Below, in pieces: positions 44,241 through 58,989 of a stretch of DNA of 64,000 nucleotides. Each line of letters begins with the position of its first letter. Positions within the stretch are counted from its first letter, which is position 1. The notes below the pieces were generated by a model. It saw only the letters and a list, made by a program, of their open reading frames with translations. It did no database searches and had not been told where the DNA came from. The stretch lies in contig JARDVH010000143.1 of the NCBI GenBank assembly GCA_030324005.1, positions 19,989,270 through 20,053,269 on the forward strand, given 5' to 3'. The stretch is from Negaprion brevirostris. Lineage: Eukaryota. The position numbers and the translations under genes were made by a program.

Positions 44241-45482
44241 CTCTTGTGCCAGTCCTCTTCACAGGTAGTACTGGTAGAAATCATAGGATCAGATGAAGCC
44301 CATGAAGTATTGATGTGGATCAGCATACCAGAAAGTATATGAGTGGATAGGAAGGACCCAATGCCATTGAAACCAATAATTGACAGAGGACGAGAAGGGA
44401 GTTGATGAGAATGTTTTTCATCCAGAGTGCTCTGGAGTCTGGAACTCTTTCAGAAAAGATAACCGAGACAGAAATCCTCAACGCAATTTAAAACTGCATG
44501 GACGTTCACTTGAGCCATAATTTACAGGGTTAAAAATAGAAATTGGGACTATGCTGGGCAGCTCTTGTCTGGCAAAGACATGCTGGCTNNNNNNNNTTGA
44601 ATGGTCTCCTGTAGCCATAAATTTATGTTTCTACAATCATCTAATTTTTAAAGGTTTCTTAGTTCTTCTGCTCCTTTAATAATTTAAATTTAGTATTCAT
44701 TCTTGTACATTCTTCCATTATCACCTCAATTTCTCTTCATGAAATTTCATCTGGCACTTCCCACATCTAACCAATCTTACTAACCAGCCCATCATTATCC
44801 CAAAGTCACAAGGAGCCTTCAGCAAATGTTGATATTGTGCTACCAATAACAACAGTCCAGATTTTATATTAACAGCACCTGGAGGTCACCATTGGTTACT
44901 CTAATCCAAAACATCCATTATTCACTGTATCCTTTTGTCACCTTAGGCATAGCCAGCTTAAATGATTAGCAATGACCCAGCTTACCCCTTTCTACTTTTT
45001 TTTGAACAGTGATACTATAAACGACACCACCACCCCCATCCAAGAAATGTCTTCATTTCTACTTTCTTAGCTCAACGTTCTAGATCAGAGATAATAAGGT
45101 TAGAAAAACCCAGATATTAGCTTTGAATAGAAATGCATATGGGATATGTCAGATGTACAAAATTCCCTGTGGAAATGCTCATCAGGTATACTATTCGGAA
45201 TTAAGTAATACGTTCAGGATTTGGGGGCATGAGGCACACACCAGTACACTAGATGATATCAACAAGCACTTTTCAAAACAACAAAAAAAAAGAATACAGG
45301 CAATTATCCTCTACTAGGAGAGCAGCATAAACTGTGGAATAATTTAAGACAATAGTTGTAATGGATGGAGACAGGCATAGAAAAATTGGAGATTTTTTAT
45401 CAGGATGAACTGTATGGCTGCCTTCATTTGTACATGGTGATCTCAAACCATTGTTACCAATAGAGCTTGATAATTTGACATA

Positions 45483-45725
45483 GGGCAGCACGGTGGCACA
45501 GTAGTTAATACTGCTGCTTCATAGTGCCGGGGATCTGGGTTCAATTTTCAGCCTCAGGTCAGTGTCAGTGCTCTGGTTTCCTCCCACATGCCAAACATGT
45601 ATGAGTTAGATTGAATGGCTATGCTAAATACATGGGGTTATGGGGACAGGGTTTGAGTGGGTTGTTGTCAGTGTAGGTTTGATGGGCCAAATGACCTCCT
45701 CCTGCAATGTAGGGATTCCACGATT
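45483..45725 (+). mobile_element. HE1-type V-SINE with internal deletions
   Basis: gggcagcacggtggcacagtagtta head; tgtagggattc tail. Confidence 0.82.
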
Positions 45726-46441
45726 TTAACTAAAACCATTTAAGCTAATGTGCCCTTTACAAACATTCAGCCCCAGTAAAGTCTAATCTTGCGTTAATTG
45801 CTCTTAATGGGCAGGCCACGTCACCGACATGGATGATTGCAGAATCCTCAAAACACATCAATGAGGCACAACTACAATAAAAAAAAATCAAAGGTGGCCA
45901 GTACAAAAGACACAAGAACAACCTTTAAANNNNNNNNNNNNNNNNNNNNNNNNNNNNNNNNNNNNNNNNNNNNNNNNNNNNNNNNNNNNNNNNNNNNNNN
46001 NNNNNNNNNNNNNNNNNNNNNNNNNNNNNACACCCTTTAAAAAAAACCTTACGTACATCTGCTTGCAGATGACCTCTCTTAGGATAAGATATTTGTCAAT
46101 CAGCCCACAGGCATGCATAAAAATTTAGTTCAATATGTTTCAATGACCATTTACACCAAACTCAACATCTAATGTGCCCAGAGAAAGGCAAATGGCGGCA
46201 AAGCTTCAGAAATTACACCAAGTACCAACATCAACAACTGCCAGTTCTGTGTTCATCAATGCTAACCATGCTTCAAACTTTACAGCCGTGAAAGTAAGAC
46301 AAATAAATACTTACAGCTTGGAAATTCATGAACAAGTCTACCATTATTTTTGGTCTTCACGGGTTGTATTGGTATGGCTTGTGACTACAAGTAATCTCAC
46401 CTTTACGAGAGTCAGAACAGTGCTGACTGAAATAAACTCAC

Positions 46442-46560
46442 CTTTACAATAGTCACTTGGGTCTTCTTGTTCTTCATCATCAGACCCCAAAATTTCATCC
46501 TCTGGCTCTTGAACCTCAGATTCTGTTGTAGTTGGATGGACTCTTTGTTGAGGCTCAGGC
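46442..46560 (-). CDS. SRPK1: SRPK exon (human SRPK1 exon 3 equivalent), 119 nt
   Basis: ttttcag|G CCT GAG...TGT AAA G|gtgagt; encodes PEPQQRVHPTTTESEVQEPEDEILGSDDEEQEDPSDYCK, the SRPK N-terminal ILGSDDEEQEDP motif. Confidence 0.95.
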
Positions 46561-46759
46561 CTGAAAACAATAGCCAAGAGTTTAATACTCCCATGGAGGA
46601 ATTCCATAACTACTGCAAAACTATTTTAATCTACCCAAGATTTCATTTTACTCCTGTTAAATATCACCATTGAGTGGTGACTTACTTGTTATAAAAGATT
46701 TCTTAAAAATAATCACATTTTCAAAAGTGCGTATAGAAGAGGCACGTGCACACAAATCA

Positions 46760-47390
46760 CAAAGCTTAAATGCAGGTACAGAAAGTAATTAGGAAGGTAG
46801 ATAGTTGGTTAGCCTCTATTGCACAGAATTGCTGCAAGAGGGAAATGTGGCTACACTGATACAGGGTTTTGGTGATATGACACCAGGAGAACTGCATAGT
46901 TTTGATCTCCTTACCCAGGGGAGGACATATTTGCCTGCGAGGATGTGCAATGAACATTCAGAAGATTGATTCCTAGTTTGAGTGTGAAGTCCTGCAAACA
47001 GAGATAGGGTAGAATGGGCCTATATCCTCTGCATAAGGATTCAAGGTGGCCTCACTGAAATGAGTTAATGCTAAGCATCTACTTTATTGAGGCCTCCAAA
47101 ACATTTCCTGCGGCTGAAAAATCTAGTCTCAGGGTAAGGAGTTAAATACTTCGCACTGGGACAAGAACGATATCATTCAGTAGATTGTGAATATTTAGAA
47201 TTCTCTACTTCAAAGGCTGTGGGCACTCGGTCACTGAATATATTCAGGATCAAGATCCATGGATTTTTGGACATTAACAAAATCAAGGGATAGGTTGGTG
47301 AAGCAGGAAAGTTCAGACAGCTCTGCTGTCATTTTAAGGGTTGCCAAAGTAGGCTTGGGGGTGGGTCATTTGGCATCTTATATTCTCATG
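46760..47390 (+). mobile_element. Old CR1-clade LINE 3' fragment
   Basis: Degenerate ORF2 C-terminus homologous to 31365-32055. Confidence 0.65.
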
Positions 47391-47744
47391 TCCACAGCTG
47401 AAGGCAGACTTCATATCTTTTCTGGCATACTTTCGTTAAATAAACCAACTAGAAATATATGCTATCACAAATTATGACCAGTAGATCGGCTTTTTCAAAT
47501 GAGTTTTAGCGCACAATACAGTGCATTGGAAGATTATAGCAGCAACGGATTTGTTTTGATTATGTTGATGGATTACCTTAGCATCCTCTTTGGAAAGAGC
47601 GTAAGTGATAAGAAAGGGTTATTTCTAGTCTTGCTGGTGAAGCATGTTTATTAGATGCAGCTGACTGCAGTGTTTCTTTCTTTTAAATAAAATTTGAAAA
47701 CTACAATATTACATCAGAAAGTACAAACTACTATAAAGATGTCT

Positions 47745-49445
47745 TTTTAATTCCTTCACAGGGTGTAGGCATTGCTGGCTAGGCAAGCATTTGTTGCCCA
47801 AGCCACAAGGCGGGGGCGGGGCAGGGGGGAGAGTCACCTTCTTGAACCACTGCAGTCCACGTGGCGTAGGTACATCCTCAGTTCTTTTAGGAAGAAAGAT
47901 TCAGAATCTTGACCAAGCAGTGAAGAAATGCTGATATACTTTCACGTAAGGATGTTATGGATGGAGCGTAGCTTGAAAAAAGAGAGCCCTGCAGGTCTTC
48001 TTGTTTTTAAGCACCTGCTGCAATTGTCTTTTANNNNNNNNNNNNNNNNNNNTTGGGAAGTTTCTGTCAAAGTAGCCTTTTTGCCTTGCTGCAGATTGCA
48101 CACACTGTTGCCACTGTGCGTCTCATTGGAGGGAGTGAAGTAGTGGACCGGATGATAATCAAGCAGTCTATGTCCGAAATGTTGGAAAGCTTTGACTGCT
48201 GGAGTCACCTCATCCAGGCAAATGGAGAGCATTCCATCACTCTTCTGACTTGTGCCTTGTAGAGGGACATGTTTTAGAGAGTAGGGACATTATTCATGGC
48301 AAAATTTCCACCTTCTGTGGTCACAGTACTTATATAGCTGGTCCAGTTTTGTTTTTGGTCACTGGTAGCCCCTAAGATGTTGACACTGGGGGTTTCAGCA
48401 ACGGCACTGAATGTCAAGGGGAGATGGTCATTGCCTAGCATGTGAGGCGTGAACATTTCTTGCCACTTTTCAGCCCAAGCCTCAACATGGTTCAGGTCAT
48501 GCTGCATTTGACTCCTTCAGTATCCGAGAATTCATAATTTGTGTTAAAAAATCTGAAATCCACGAACATCCCGACTCTGGCCTTGGGATGGAAGGATGGT
48601 CATAGACTAAGCAGTTGAAGATGGTTGGACCGAGGACACCACCATAAGGAACTTCTGTAACAATGAACCGGGACTGAGATGATTGCATTCAACGATCACA
48701 AACATAATTCTGTGTTCTAGGTATACGCTAACCAATGGAGAGTTTCCACCTACCCCCGGAATTTCCATTAACTTTGAGTTTGCCAGGATTCCTCAATACC
48801 ATACTCTACTCTTAATATTAAGGCATTTGACAGTCACAATCATGGAATTCAGCTCCTTTCTCCATGCTTGGAACAAGGTTGTTACAAGGAGCCAAGAGGC
48901 CAATGAGGATCATTAAGTGCCACTTGATCGCACTATCAATGCCCTCTGCCATCACACTGCTAATGATCAAGAGTAGATTGAGATGACAGTAAATTTTCCA
49001 GATTGTACTGGTCCTGCATTTTATGGGCAGGTCACAACCAGACAATTTTCTACACTGCCAGGTAAGTGCCAATGTGTATCTATATTGGAAGAGCTCGGCT
49101 AGGTGCACGACTGGATCCCAAATCTCCCTTCCAAAAAGCACTGTGGGTCTAACTACACCATGTGGACTGGAGCGGTTCAAGAAGCTCTGGACCACTAAAT
49201 TTTCAGTACTCTTGCCAGACTCCACAGCATTTGCAGTATCCAATGCCATCAACCATTTCTTGTATTATGGAGAGTGAGGTGAATTAGTAAAGACAGGCTT
49301 CTGTGATGTTGGGACCGTCAGAGGTGGTGAGAGCAGCAACTGCTTTTGGACTGAAGCGCTAGGTTACCCCCATCACTGAGAACAGGGTTATTCATGGAGC
49401 CTCCTCCTCTGGTTAGTTGTTTAATTGTTCACCACCATTCACAGC
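47745..49445 (-). mobile_element. LINE relic (CR1/L2-group reverse transcriptase), about 1.7 kb
   Basis: EVPYGGVLGPTIFNC (RT GVPQG motif), AWAEKWQEMF, ILGATSDQKQNW. Confidence 0.8.
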
Positions 49446-49639
49446 TTCTTTTCAAATTTTGTAGCTTAATACTAAACTAGTTACAGTGGATAAATTAGTA
49501 AATCAATATAGTCCAGGCAGTCAGTATTACGTACCTTTCACAACATTCACAATTCAAGCCATTATTGCCCAAGTTTATCATTGTAAATTTCAAGCCAAAG
49601 CACTTAAATTACAGCACTCATTTCACCGAGTAAAGGCAA

Positions 49640-50680
49640 CACCATCTGCTCCACGTAAATACATATCCATACAAAGACTGCTTATTTCCACCTCCCTGAC
49701 ATCATCCAACTCTACCCTGCCTTAGCTCAGCTGAGACTAAAGCCCTCATCTGTACCACTGTTTCCTATAAATTTTGATTATTCCAACACACTTACAACTG
49801 CAGTCCCGCCCTTCGTAAACTTAAACTCATCTACAACTTTCCTGCTCATATTCCAACCCACGCTAAGTCCTGTTCACCCATCATCCTTGTTCACTGAGCT
49901 GCACTGGCTGATTCAGCAATGCATTTGTTTTAAAATTCTCATCTTCATTTTCAGATCTCTTCTTGGCCTTACCCCTCCTGACGAACTTCCACTTGCTCTA
50001 CAACAACACTTTATTATTTGTTGATTGGACTTGGGCATCACTGGTCAGGCCAGCATTTATTGCTCATCCCCAATTGCCCTCAGGCGGTGGATGGATTGTT
50101 GCCTTCTTGAACCTTCGCAGTACAGATGCTGAAAGTACAAGCAAAGTCATCATGTCAGGAAGTTCCAGAATATTGACCCAACAACAGTGAAGGATTGGCA
50201 ATATGATTCCAAGTCAGGATTGTGTACAACTTGGAGGGGAACTTGCAGATGATGGGGTTCCCGTGCATCTGCTGCCCTTGTCTTTCTAGGTGGTAGAGGT
50301 CACAGGTTTGGAAGGTGCTGCTGAAACAACCTTTGAGTTGCTGTAATGCATCTTGTATATGGTACACACAGTTGCCAGTGTGTCGGCAGTGAATGGACTG
50401 CAAATCAAGCCAGCTGCTTTGGCCTGGATGGTGTTGAACACGTTGAGTTCTGTTAGAGCTGCACTTTGAGACGAGTATTTGCACTCTGCCAATTTTGGTC
50501 TCTTGTGCTCACCCAATTTTAATTGCTTCACCATTGGAGCATACCTGTAGCTGTTGAGGTCCTAAGCTCTGAAATTCCCTCCTAAAACTTCTCCACTTCT
50601 ATATCCTCCTTTCAGGATGCTCCTGTGAAGTGCTTGGAGACATTTAACCACACTAAACTCACTTATATAAACAGTTGTTG
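49640..50680. mobile_element. L2 3' fragment (+) interrupted by a LINE copy (-) at about 50010-50480
   Basis: The L2-like sequence stops near 50010 and resumes near 50480; the insert encodes TVCTIYKMHYSNS and belongs to the 47745 family. Confidence 0.65.
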
Positions 50681-51699
50681 AACCACTTCCTTCAGAATAA
50701 GGATTGAAATCTCAGTATTCTATCCTTAAGCAATCTAATGAAATGGCAATAAAGTATGCTTAAACTATAACTTTTAGATTGTTGAAACTCAAAAGATTCA
50801 GGGCATGTAGAGTAATTTCCATAAAAACCAAGGCAGTTACATCAGAATAGCAAGTACTATTATGCTTATTAACTACTTCATAAATTGTACAAGCACAAAT
50901 TCCTTCTCATGTACTGTATTCTGAACAGCTGGCCAAAGGCAAAAGATCTGTTCAAAGATTTCTAAATAATCCCTTTATTCCACCATTTGTAGAATGAGAA
51001 ATCATGAGAAACCACTCACCCAGAAATGCACAATTTCCAACCACTGCAATAACTAGCTGAAGTATTTAAGTTATTCCAAGTTACTGAGCACGTCCAAGCA
51101 CAACACTACGCTACACTTTGCCTCATCTTCCAAAAAAGGTTCAGTATATTCAGATAATTTCACAAGTATGCTTTCTTCTCAAGTGAAAAATCTAATTGGG
51201 AGTGCAATGGCTAAATTAGTGAAGAAACATCTTAAGTTGACCAATAAGAGAAAAGCAATCTTAAAGGAATGATTCATTAGAAGGCAATATGTAGAAGTGT
51301 TCTGGGAACAGTACTTTGCTTTCTTCTTCCTAGATGCTAAAACTACTTGGGGAACATTCATTTTTTTGTTGGTCACTTGCAAGATATAAAAATTGTGCAC
51401 ATGACAATATGTTCATTTGACAATTTAAAAGTCAATCAAAGCTTGCTGCAAAGCAAATAACTGCCTTCAAGGTAAAACAAAAGTCATAATTAGAAAATTA
51501 GATTTGCCACACCAAAGACCTTGGGTTATCATGAAAACATCCCTGGCCTTCAAGATTGTTGGTTCACCAACAGACATATCAATTCTTTGACATTACTAGT
51601 TTTATTCCAAATCAAAACCACTGGAGAACAGCAACATTTAGCTTAAATTGTTACAACATGCCTACAGTTAATATGATGGGTCTCCCTCAATTCACAGTC

Positions 51700-54620
51700 T
51701 TGATATGGCTGCAGAGATGATTGTAATTTTCCAAAATTCCATAGATTCTGGCAAGGTCCCAAAGGATTAGGGAATTGCAAACATAACACATCTTCAAGGA
51801 GACACGAAGTTAGGAAACTAAAGGCCAGTTAGTGTTACATCTGTCATCAGGAAAATACTAGAATCCATTCATTAAATAGCAGAACATTTAGAAAATCGTA
51901 ATAAAACCACGTTGAAAGGAAAACTGTGTTTGATGAACTTAGAGTCTGGATAAGTGCGAGGTGATGCACTTGGGTAGGACAAACAAGGCAAAATGATACA
52001 TGATGAACAGCAGGACCCTCGGAAGCATCCTAGGGACCCTGCTGTGCATATAATGGTTCCTTAAGATAGCAGGGCAGGTGGATAAAATGGTTAAGGTGGT
52101 ATATCGTAAATGTGCCTTTGTTAGTTGAGACAGAGGTTAAGAGCAGGAAGATTATGCTAGAACAATACAAAACATTGTTTAGGCCACAATTAGAGTATTG
52201 TGTGCAGTTTTGGAATCCACATTATAGGAGGGACACAATGGCATTGAAAAGGAAAGGGTACAGAGGAGATTTACCAAGATGCCCAAGCTTCAGAGTTTTA
52301 GTTTTGGAGAGTTTGGATAGCCTGGCATTGTTTTCAATGAAGCAGAGGAGACATAATGCGATATATTACGAGGGGCAGATAGAAAGAAAATTTTCCCCTT
52401 GGTGGAAGGATCAATGTCTGGGGAGGGGAGGGCAAAGATTTAAAGGTAAAAGGCAGGAGGTTGAGGGGGATGTGAGGAAAAACTTTTACCCAAAGGATGA
52501 TGAGAGTCTGGAACTCGCTGCCTGAAAGTGTGGTGGAGACAGAGACCTTGATAATATTTAATTTTAACAACAATTATGATGCCTACGAGGCTATGGGCCA
52601 AGTGTTGAAAATGGGATTAGGACAGGTGATTTATCTTTAACTGATGCAGATGTAATGGACCAAAAGACCTTTTTCTGTGCTGTAATCCTCTACGATCTTC
52701 TTTGAGGATACAACAAAGTGATGGATAAAAAGGAAACTAGACGACTTGTGTATTCTAATTTCCAAAGGGTAGTCAATAGTGTTACCACATGAAAGGTTTC
52801 TGCAACACAAGAACCCTTAAATTTGGGGGTAATGACATTAACACAAAATGAAAGATTGGTGAACAGTGAAGAGTCAGGATAAATAGGTAATTTTCAGGTT
52901 GATAATCTGTAGCTCTTGGGCTAAAGGAATCAAGCGATATAAAGAAAGGCAGGATCAGGATATTGATGTGATCAGCCATGACCAAAATGAATGGCAGAGC
53001 AGGCTCGAAGGGCCTACTCCTGCTTCTATTTTCTATGCTTCTACATATCTAGTAGGGTTCCACAAAGATCAGTGCTGGGGCCTCAACTACCTATAAATTA
53101 TATCAATGAATTGGATGAAGCCACAGTGCACTGTAACCAAATTTACTGACAATGCAATATAGGTGAGAAACAAGTTGGAAAAGGGACAGAATGGTCTGCA
53201 AAAGGATACAGATAGCTCGAGTGTGTAAAAATTTGGCTGATTGTAAGCAAGAATAAAAAAAATTATCTAAATAGGGTGGTGCAATAGAAGATTCTGGGTA
53301 TCCTCATACACAAGAAACCAACACGTAGGCGCAGCAATCGTGTTATTCATTTACGGGATGTGGGTGCCACTGACTAGGCCAGCATTTGATGCCTATCCCT
53401 GATAATTACAAAGACAAATGGAAAGCCTGGCCTTTATTGTAAAGGAATGAAGTAGTTTCATTACAATTATGCAGGGCATGGGTGAGACCACACCCAGAGT
53501 GAGAAGAACAGAAAAGCAGCATATTATCTAAATGGAGAAAGAATACAAGAGAGCAGTGGTACATGAATCTCAAAAGGTTAGTAAGCAGGTTTAGCAAGTG
53601 ATTAGAAAGGCAAATGGGATGTTGCTTACTGCAAGCAGAATGGAATACAAAATTAAGGAAGCTCTCCTGCAGTTGAGCATTCATGACACCATATCAGGTG
53701 TACTATGTACAGCTTGGGTCACCTTACTTAAAGCACATAACTGCATTAGTTCAGAGAAGACTGACTCGACTGATTCCTGGAATAAAGGGTTATTTTATGA
53801 GGAAAGATTGGACTCATACCCGTTGGGAGTTTAGAAGAATTAAAGGTGATCTTACTGTAACATAAAGTTCCTGAGGGGCTGGATGCTGAGAGGATGTTCC
53901 CCCTTCTGGGAGAGACCAGAGATATCAATCTTTGGAATTGTCCACCCTAGAGAGCTGTAGAAGCTGCATCACTAAATACCTTCAAGGCTGAGGCAGCTAG
54001 ATTTTTGAACTGTAGAGGAACAAAGGGTTATGGTGAAAAGGCAAGAAAGTACAGCTGAGGTCAAGATCAGGTCAGTTTTTGCCTTATTGAATGGTGGAGT
54101 AGGCTCAAGGGGCTATATGGCCAACACCTGCTTCTATTTATGCTCTTATTTCAGATAAGATTCACATCATGCACCACAGTGTAACTGATGTCTGTACACA
54201 TTTTCGGTAAGACAGGACACTAAATTAGTTTATTTGCTACTGTTTTCTTGCCAGCTGACCCTGAAGCAAGCCAACAGAGAAAATGGTGAAGAAAAAAAGT
54301 GTCAGAGCCAAAAATTAGAGGCAAAACATCCCTAATTATCCACCAAACCTAAAGGGCAGAGCAGGCTTCACAGGGCTAAAGCGCCTATGCTTGTTCTTAA
54401 TTTCTATTCTCATATGTAGCTCTGCATATAGTTTTGGCTTTCTCTTAAGAAATTGCATTGAAGGTAATCAGGATAAAGGAATTGAAGAAATGTTGAGTCT
54501 ATGCTTATTTTGGGATTTAGAAGACTGAATGGTGATCTTATTAAAAACATTCTGAAGGTGCTTGATAGGAGAGATGCTAAGGGGACGATTGCCCAGTAGG
54601 GGAATCTGAAATGGAACAGT
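51700..54620 (+). mobile_element. Stack of CR1-clade LINE fragments
   Basis: YKTLFRPQLEYCVQFWNPHYRRD; several 3' ends (about 52690, 53040, 54150, 54410). Confidence 0.8.
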
Positions 54621-57600
54621 TCAACCCTTCACTATTTTGCAAAGTCACACATTAACACTTCACACACATGACCTACTGTGCTGTATATTCACTAGCTTAG
54701 AAGATCAAGAGTACAGAAAACTAATCCCCTTCAGAAATGTTCTCCAATAGCTCAGAGATCTCAATTATAGTTTGGGACAAAGAGATCTTCCTTTTTATTT
54801 TTATTTCATCATTAACTCCCTTAGTACAAAGAAAATCTTATTCCAGTGCACTCAGAACCAGGGCAGAGAAAACTGAAGGAGACATTAGTCCATGATGATT
54901 CCTTTGAAGAAAAACTTCACCCATTATTTATGCAGCAAAATAAATGTGGTGAGATTTCCAATTGTGCTCTAGCCAAATTTTACAAAACACAACCACATTA
55001 CAGAAAAGCTTATAGAAATCAAGTGCAAATATTTGAGTCCTAAATAGGTGAGGGGAAGACATGCTTCTAATGAAGAAATGTCACCAATATCATCACTTTA
55101 TATTGAAGAAATCGAAATAGTAAAGCATTATGATTAACATTGATGGATTGAAACACGATAGTCATTTCTATTTTATCAAACACAACAATTTGCAAGAGTA
55201 CTGAGCTTGACAATGCTGTGAGAGGAAACTAAAACATGGAATAACTAAGCCTGATTCATTCTAGGATTTATGACTTACCAAACCCTAAAATTACTGTTTG
55301 ATTCTGGTCTCCCTCATCCCTCTTCTGTCCACCTACTATTAATATTCAGTTAATGTAACATCATAAAGGAACAAAATAAACTGGATAAAATTTCTCAGCT
55401 CCCAATGAAATCACAAATCTACAAGAGAAAAACACTAAGAGTGTAGGAAAAGAGAACCATTTTGTAAGAACTTCACAACTACATAGGGAAGTGCACAGGG
55501 ACTCCAAAATGGCAGTTTGCAGACATGACCTACATTAGCTAAACCAGAAGTCACCCATGAGGGCCAAGTAGAAGGATAAATTTTGTTTGTAAAAAAATCC
55601 ATGCTGAATGCTACAAAATAAAGAAGTTTAACAACTATGAAAAGACAAGGGACACAGAAGAGGTGCCTCTCCTGAATATTTCCAGTATTTTCTGATTTTA
55701 TATTACAAGACAGTAGATTCTAGCAAATGTGCAATTCCCCTTCACAGATGGCACTGCAGCCAGTCTGGGATATGTTCATTTCTTTATCGCACTTCCAAGC
55801 AAAGTTACTTCATAGAGCTGGATCATTCCTACCAACTAATTAGGACCTTTAAAGAATCAAATCTATATAAGGTGTGCCAGTGTTAAATGGTAGGTGCTTC
55901 CCCCCCCCCGGTGGCTTTAGATCAACTTTAATACATTTCTTCCCATTTATACACATGCAGCATAAATTTGCACAAATCGGTACTCAAAACTTACATGAAT
56001 ACTGCATCATTTTTTATCTCAATTTGAAAAAAACACTCTTGCTTTGAGAAATTCCATCATTACATTACTATAACATTGTGCTCTGAAGCATTATTAACTC
56101 AGTGATCCAGAACATTTCATGGTTCAAATAACTAAAAAGATTTGATTTTGCCTAGTGTGATCTAGACGTGCATTTTTTTTTGAAGTTTTGCAGTCTGCAG
56201 GCTTCTTTTTAAACCTCTGGCACTGAAGGCGCATATAGGTGATTTTTCATCCATTAATCTGTCTATAAACCTTGAACTTGAGAACTAATCGACAGAGTTC
56301 AACGAAACCTTGCACACAGATAGTGGATGGCCCAAGGAAGAGAGTTGATTAGTTTTTGGCAAAAAGTGTGGATGCGAATCCTGGAACTTTTGTTAAAGAA
56401 TTTGTTAACATTGTGAGATAGGGTAAATTGTTTCTTTTTAAGTAAAAGAATGCTGTGAATTGGTTTTGAATTGGATTGGTCTCAGCTACAATAGTGGCAT
56501 TTGTCACAGCTGTCAAAATGTGAGCAGAGTTTTCAGACCAGATTGTTGGAAATGGGCTGGTCTGAAGGTGGAAGCTTTGAATATAAAGTTGTCTTTAGTT
56601 ACAGCATCAACCAGGCAAAGAAAAACCTCAAGAACTCTAATTGTAATAAATCCAAGCTGACGTAGCATAGATGAGTTGAGTTATCTGCTCTATTGAGAGC
56701 CTGCTTCACTTCTTTGATTATATTTTCATCTCCTTTCCAGAAGGTAGAGATTCATGCTAGGGTACAAAACAACACATTTTTAAATGAAAGTTAAACACTG
56801 AATACTAACAGGCTTTCCAAAACCCTGGAAAATGAGACTGAAGAGCAGGACTAGGTCACTCAGCTCTTCAAGCCATCTCTGCCATTTACTAAGATCATGG
56901 TTGATCTAAGTGGAAGCAGCCAAGTCCTAACTTTTTTTTCAGTTAATACAATGACTTTTTGTAGCAACAGCTGATGATATCTGAAGCAGGTATACTAGCA
57001 AAATACTCCTTCTCTAATTTAAATAATCCCTTTGTCAGTGATGGTAACAAAAGACCAGTCAAATTTGAGACTTGTGATTAATGTTGTGCCAGACAGCTTA
57101 ATTTACAGAGAATATGGAGTGCCCAGTCACAAAAGTCGATGATCTGATCTAAGCACTTAATGCAGAATTAATCCTACACAGCAGATGAGGTTTGATTGAT
57201 ACATGCAAGATATTTTTGAATATCAGAAAAAGAATCAACCTGATGTCTATCGAATCTAGCAAAAAGTTAAAAATTTGCGCCGCGGACTCAATTTGAGAAT
57301 TCACTGTTCTTTTTACCTTTCAGTTCTGAACTTCAGTTTGCCTAAGAAACTAACGAGTGTGTGAGAGTATGGATTGCAGAGGTCAAGGCATGGATTTACT
57401 TTTTCTTAAAAACAATCTTTGTCTGGGTGGGGTTTTTAAAAACGACAAACACCTAACCCCTTTTCATTAAGCTCAAGCCAACCAAACTAGTTTCTTTACA
57501 GCCAGCACCTAAATGGTTAAGCACAGTGAGTGAATACCACCTTTCTTCCATATTCATAAAAATCCAGTTAGTCAGACTTTGAATAGGAGTAATTTGCATC

Positions 57601-58989
57601 ACTCACGTGACCATTTTTAAAAATATTTCAACTTATCTGGATATTTCACTGTGGCAAATTGAGGGAAGAAGTTAATTTCTAGACTTAAATTTGTTGATGC
57701 GAACAAAATGATATTTTAAAATATTTAACAAGGCTTTGTCATCACCTAAATTCCTGTTCACTGCTGTAATTAGTCATCCACTCAGTGCTCATGACCTCCA
57801 GCTCCAAATGATTCAAATTCCAATATGTTCAAGTAAATATTGATCCACCACATGACACCCCTCCACCAAAATGAAAATCTTCAAGGCGACTTTGTCCTAA
57901 TCATGTTAAGCACACTGCTCCCACTTCAGACAAAATGTCTACATGATGCTGAGAACACAAACTGTATGTTTTCATCCAATGTTTTGTGCAACAAATGTGG
58001 GAGCATATTAAATCAATATCCAATAACGCAAATCATAATTCGCCAACAATTCAGCACCCTCTTTTCTGGTGCAGAAAAAGAAAACAATATTAGAGACAGA
58101 CGACTTGCATCTGGATAGAGGCGATCTATACTAACGCCCGACTATCCCCACCCCCACCCGAAATAAATTGACAAGACTGCAACACAGCTAAAAATAAATG
58201 CAATACACTGAACCAACAAAATGCCAATAACCAGGGAACCAGAACAAACTGATCAATGAATGTAATAGAATCAACTGGCTAAAATAGCAATGTATGCATA
58301 TCAAGGCTGCATTCTCCCCTCCCAGGGAATAAATCCAATAAAAGCAAGCTCATGTTGCCTTTTCCAAACAAGCGTACAAAGGCTTAGCAGTTTTGCTCAC
58401 CTGCTTGCATCTACTAAGTCAGTGCTTACATGCAAACATGAACACTTCACCAAAACACTGCTTTCCCCACTGTATACCTGATCTGAATATCAATTCTCTG
58501 GTATTTGCTTTAATAAAACAGTTTTCAGACCTATTATGCTCAACTGCTACTGTATAAACCAATACTCATGTTACTTCATATTTCCCATAAAATCACAATC
58601 TAGTTTTTAGAATTATTTAAAAGAAGCAAATTCTGACAATTAAAAAAATTGTTTCAATAATATGATTTGAAAACAAGCTGTAGGGAAGCCTCAGCTTAAC
58701 ATTCTTAAATGGTTAACTCATATACAATTTACAATACCTGCATGAAGCTCTGATACCCATTGACGATGGCAGCCCTGAAGTCAGATCACAGATTCTCTGT
58801 AAAGCCATCGACAAATATTTCGGCTGCCTCTGCCAGGGAGCACTGCAGGCAGTGATCAGCTTTCCAGCTGCCAGTCTTCCAAAAGCACAAGCAGCAAATA
58901 CTCCACCACCTAGCTGCAGAAAGACTATACTGCATTGCAGGTGAGCACCCTCAAAGTTTAATAACCAACCATTTTACTTAAAAAAAAAT

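Noticed and set aside
51315-51345. Minus-strand peptide VVLASRKKKAK resembling SRPK1 exon 2 (VLALQARKKRTKAK), with compatible phases
   Set aside because: Weak donor (gtactg), poor pyrimidine tract, about half the expected length and no CpG island; exons 1-2 are more likely beyond 64000
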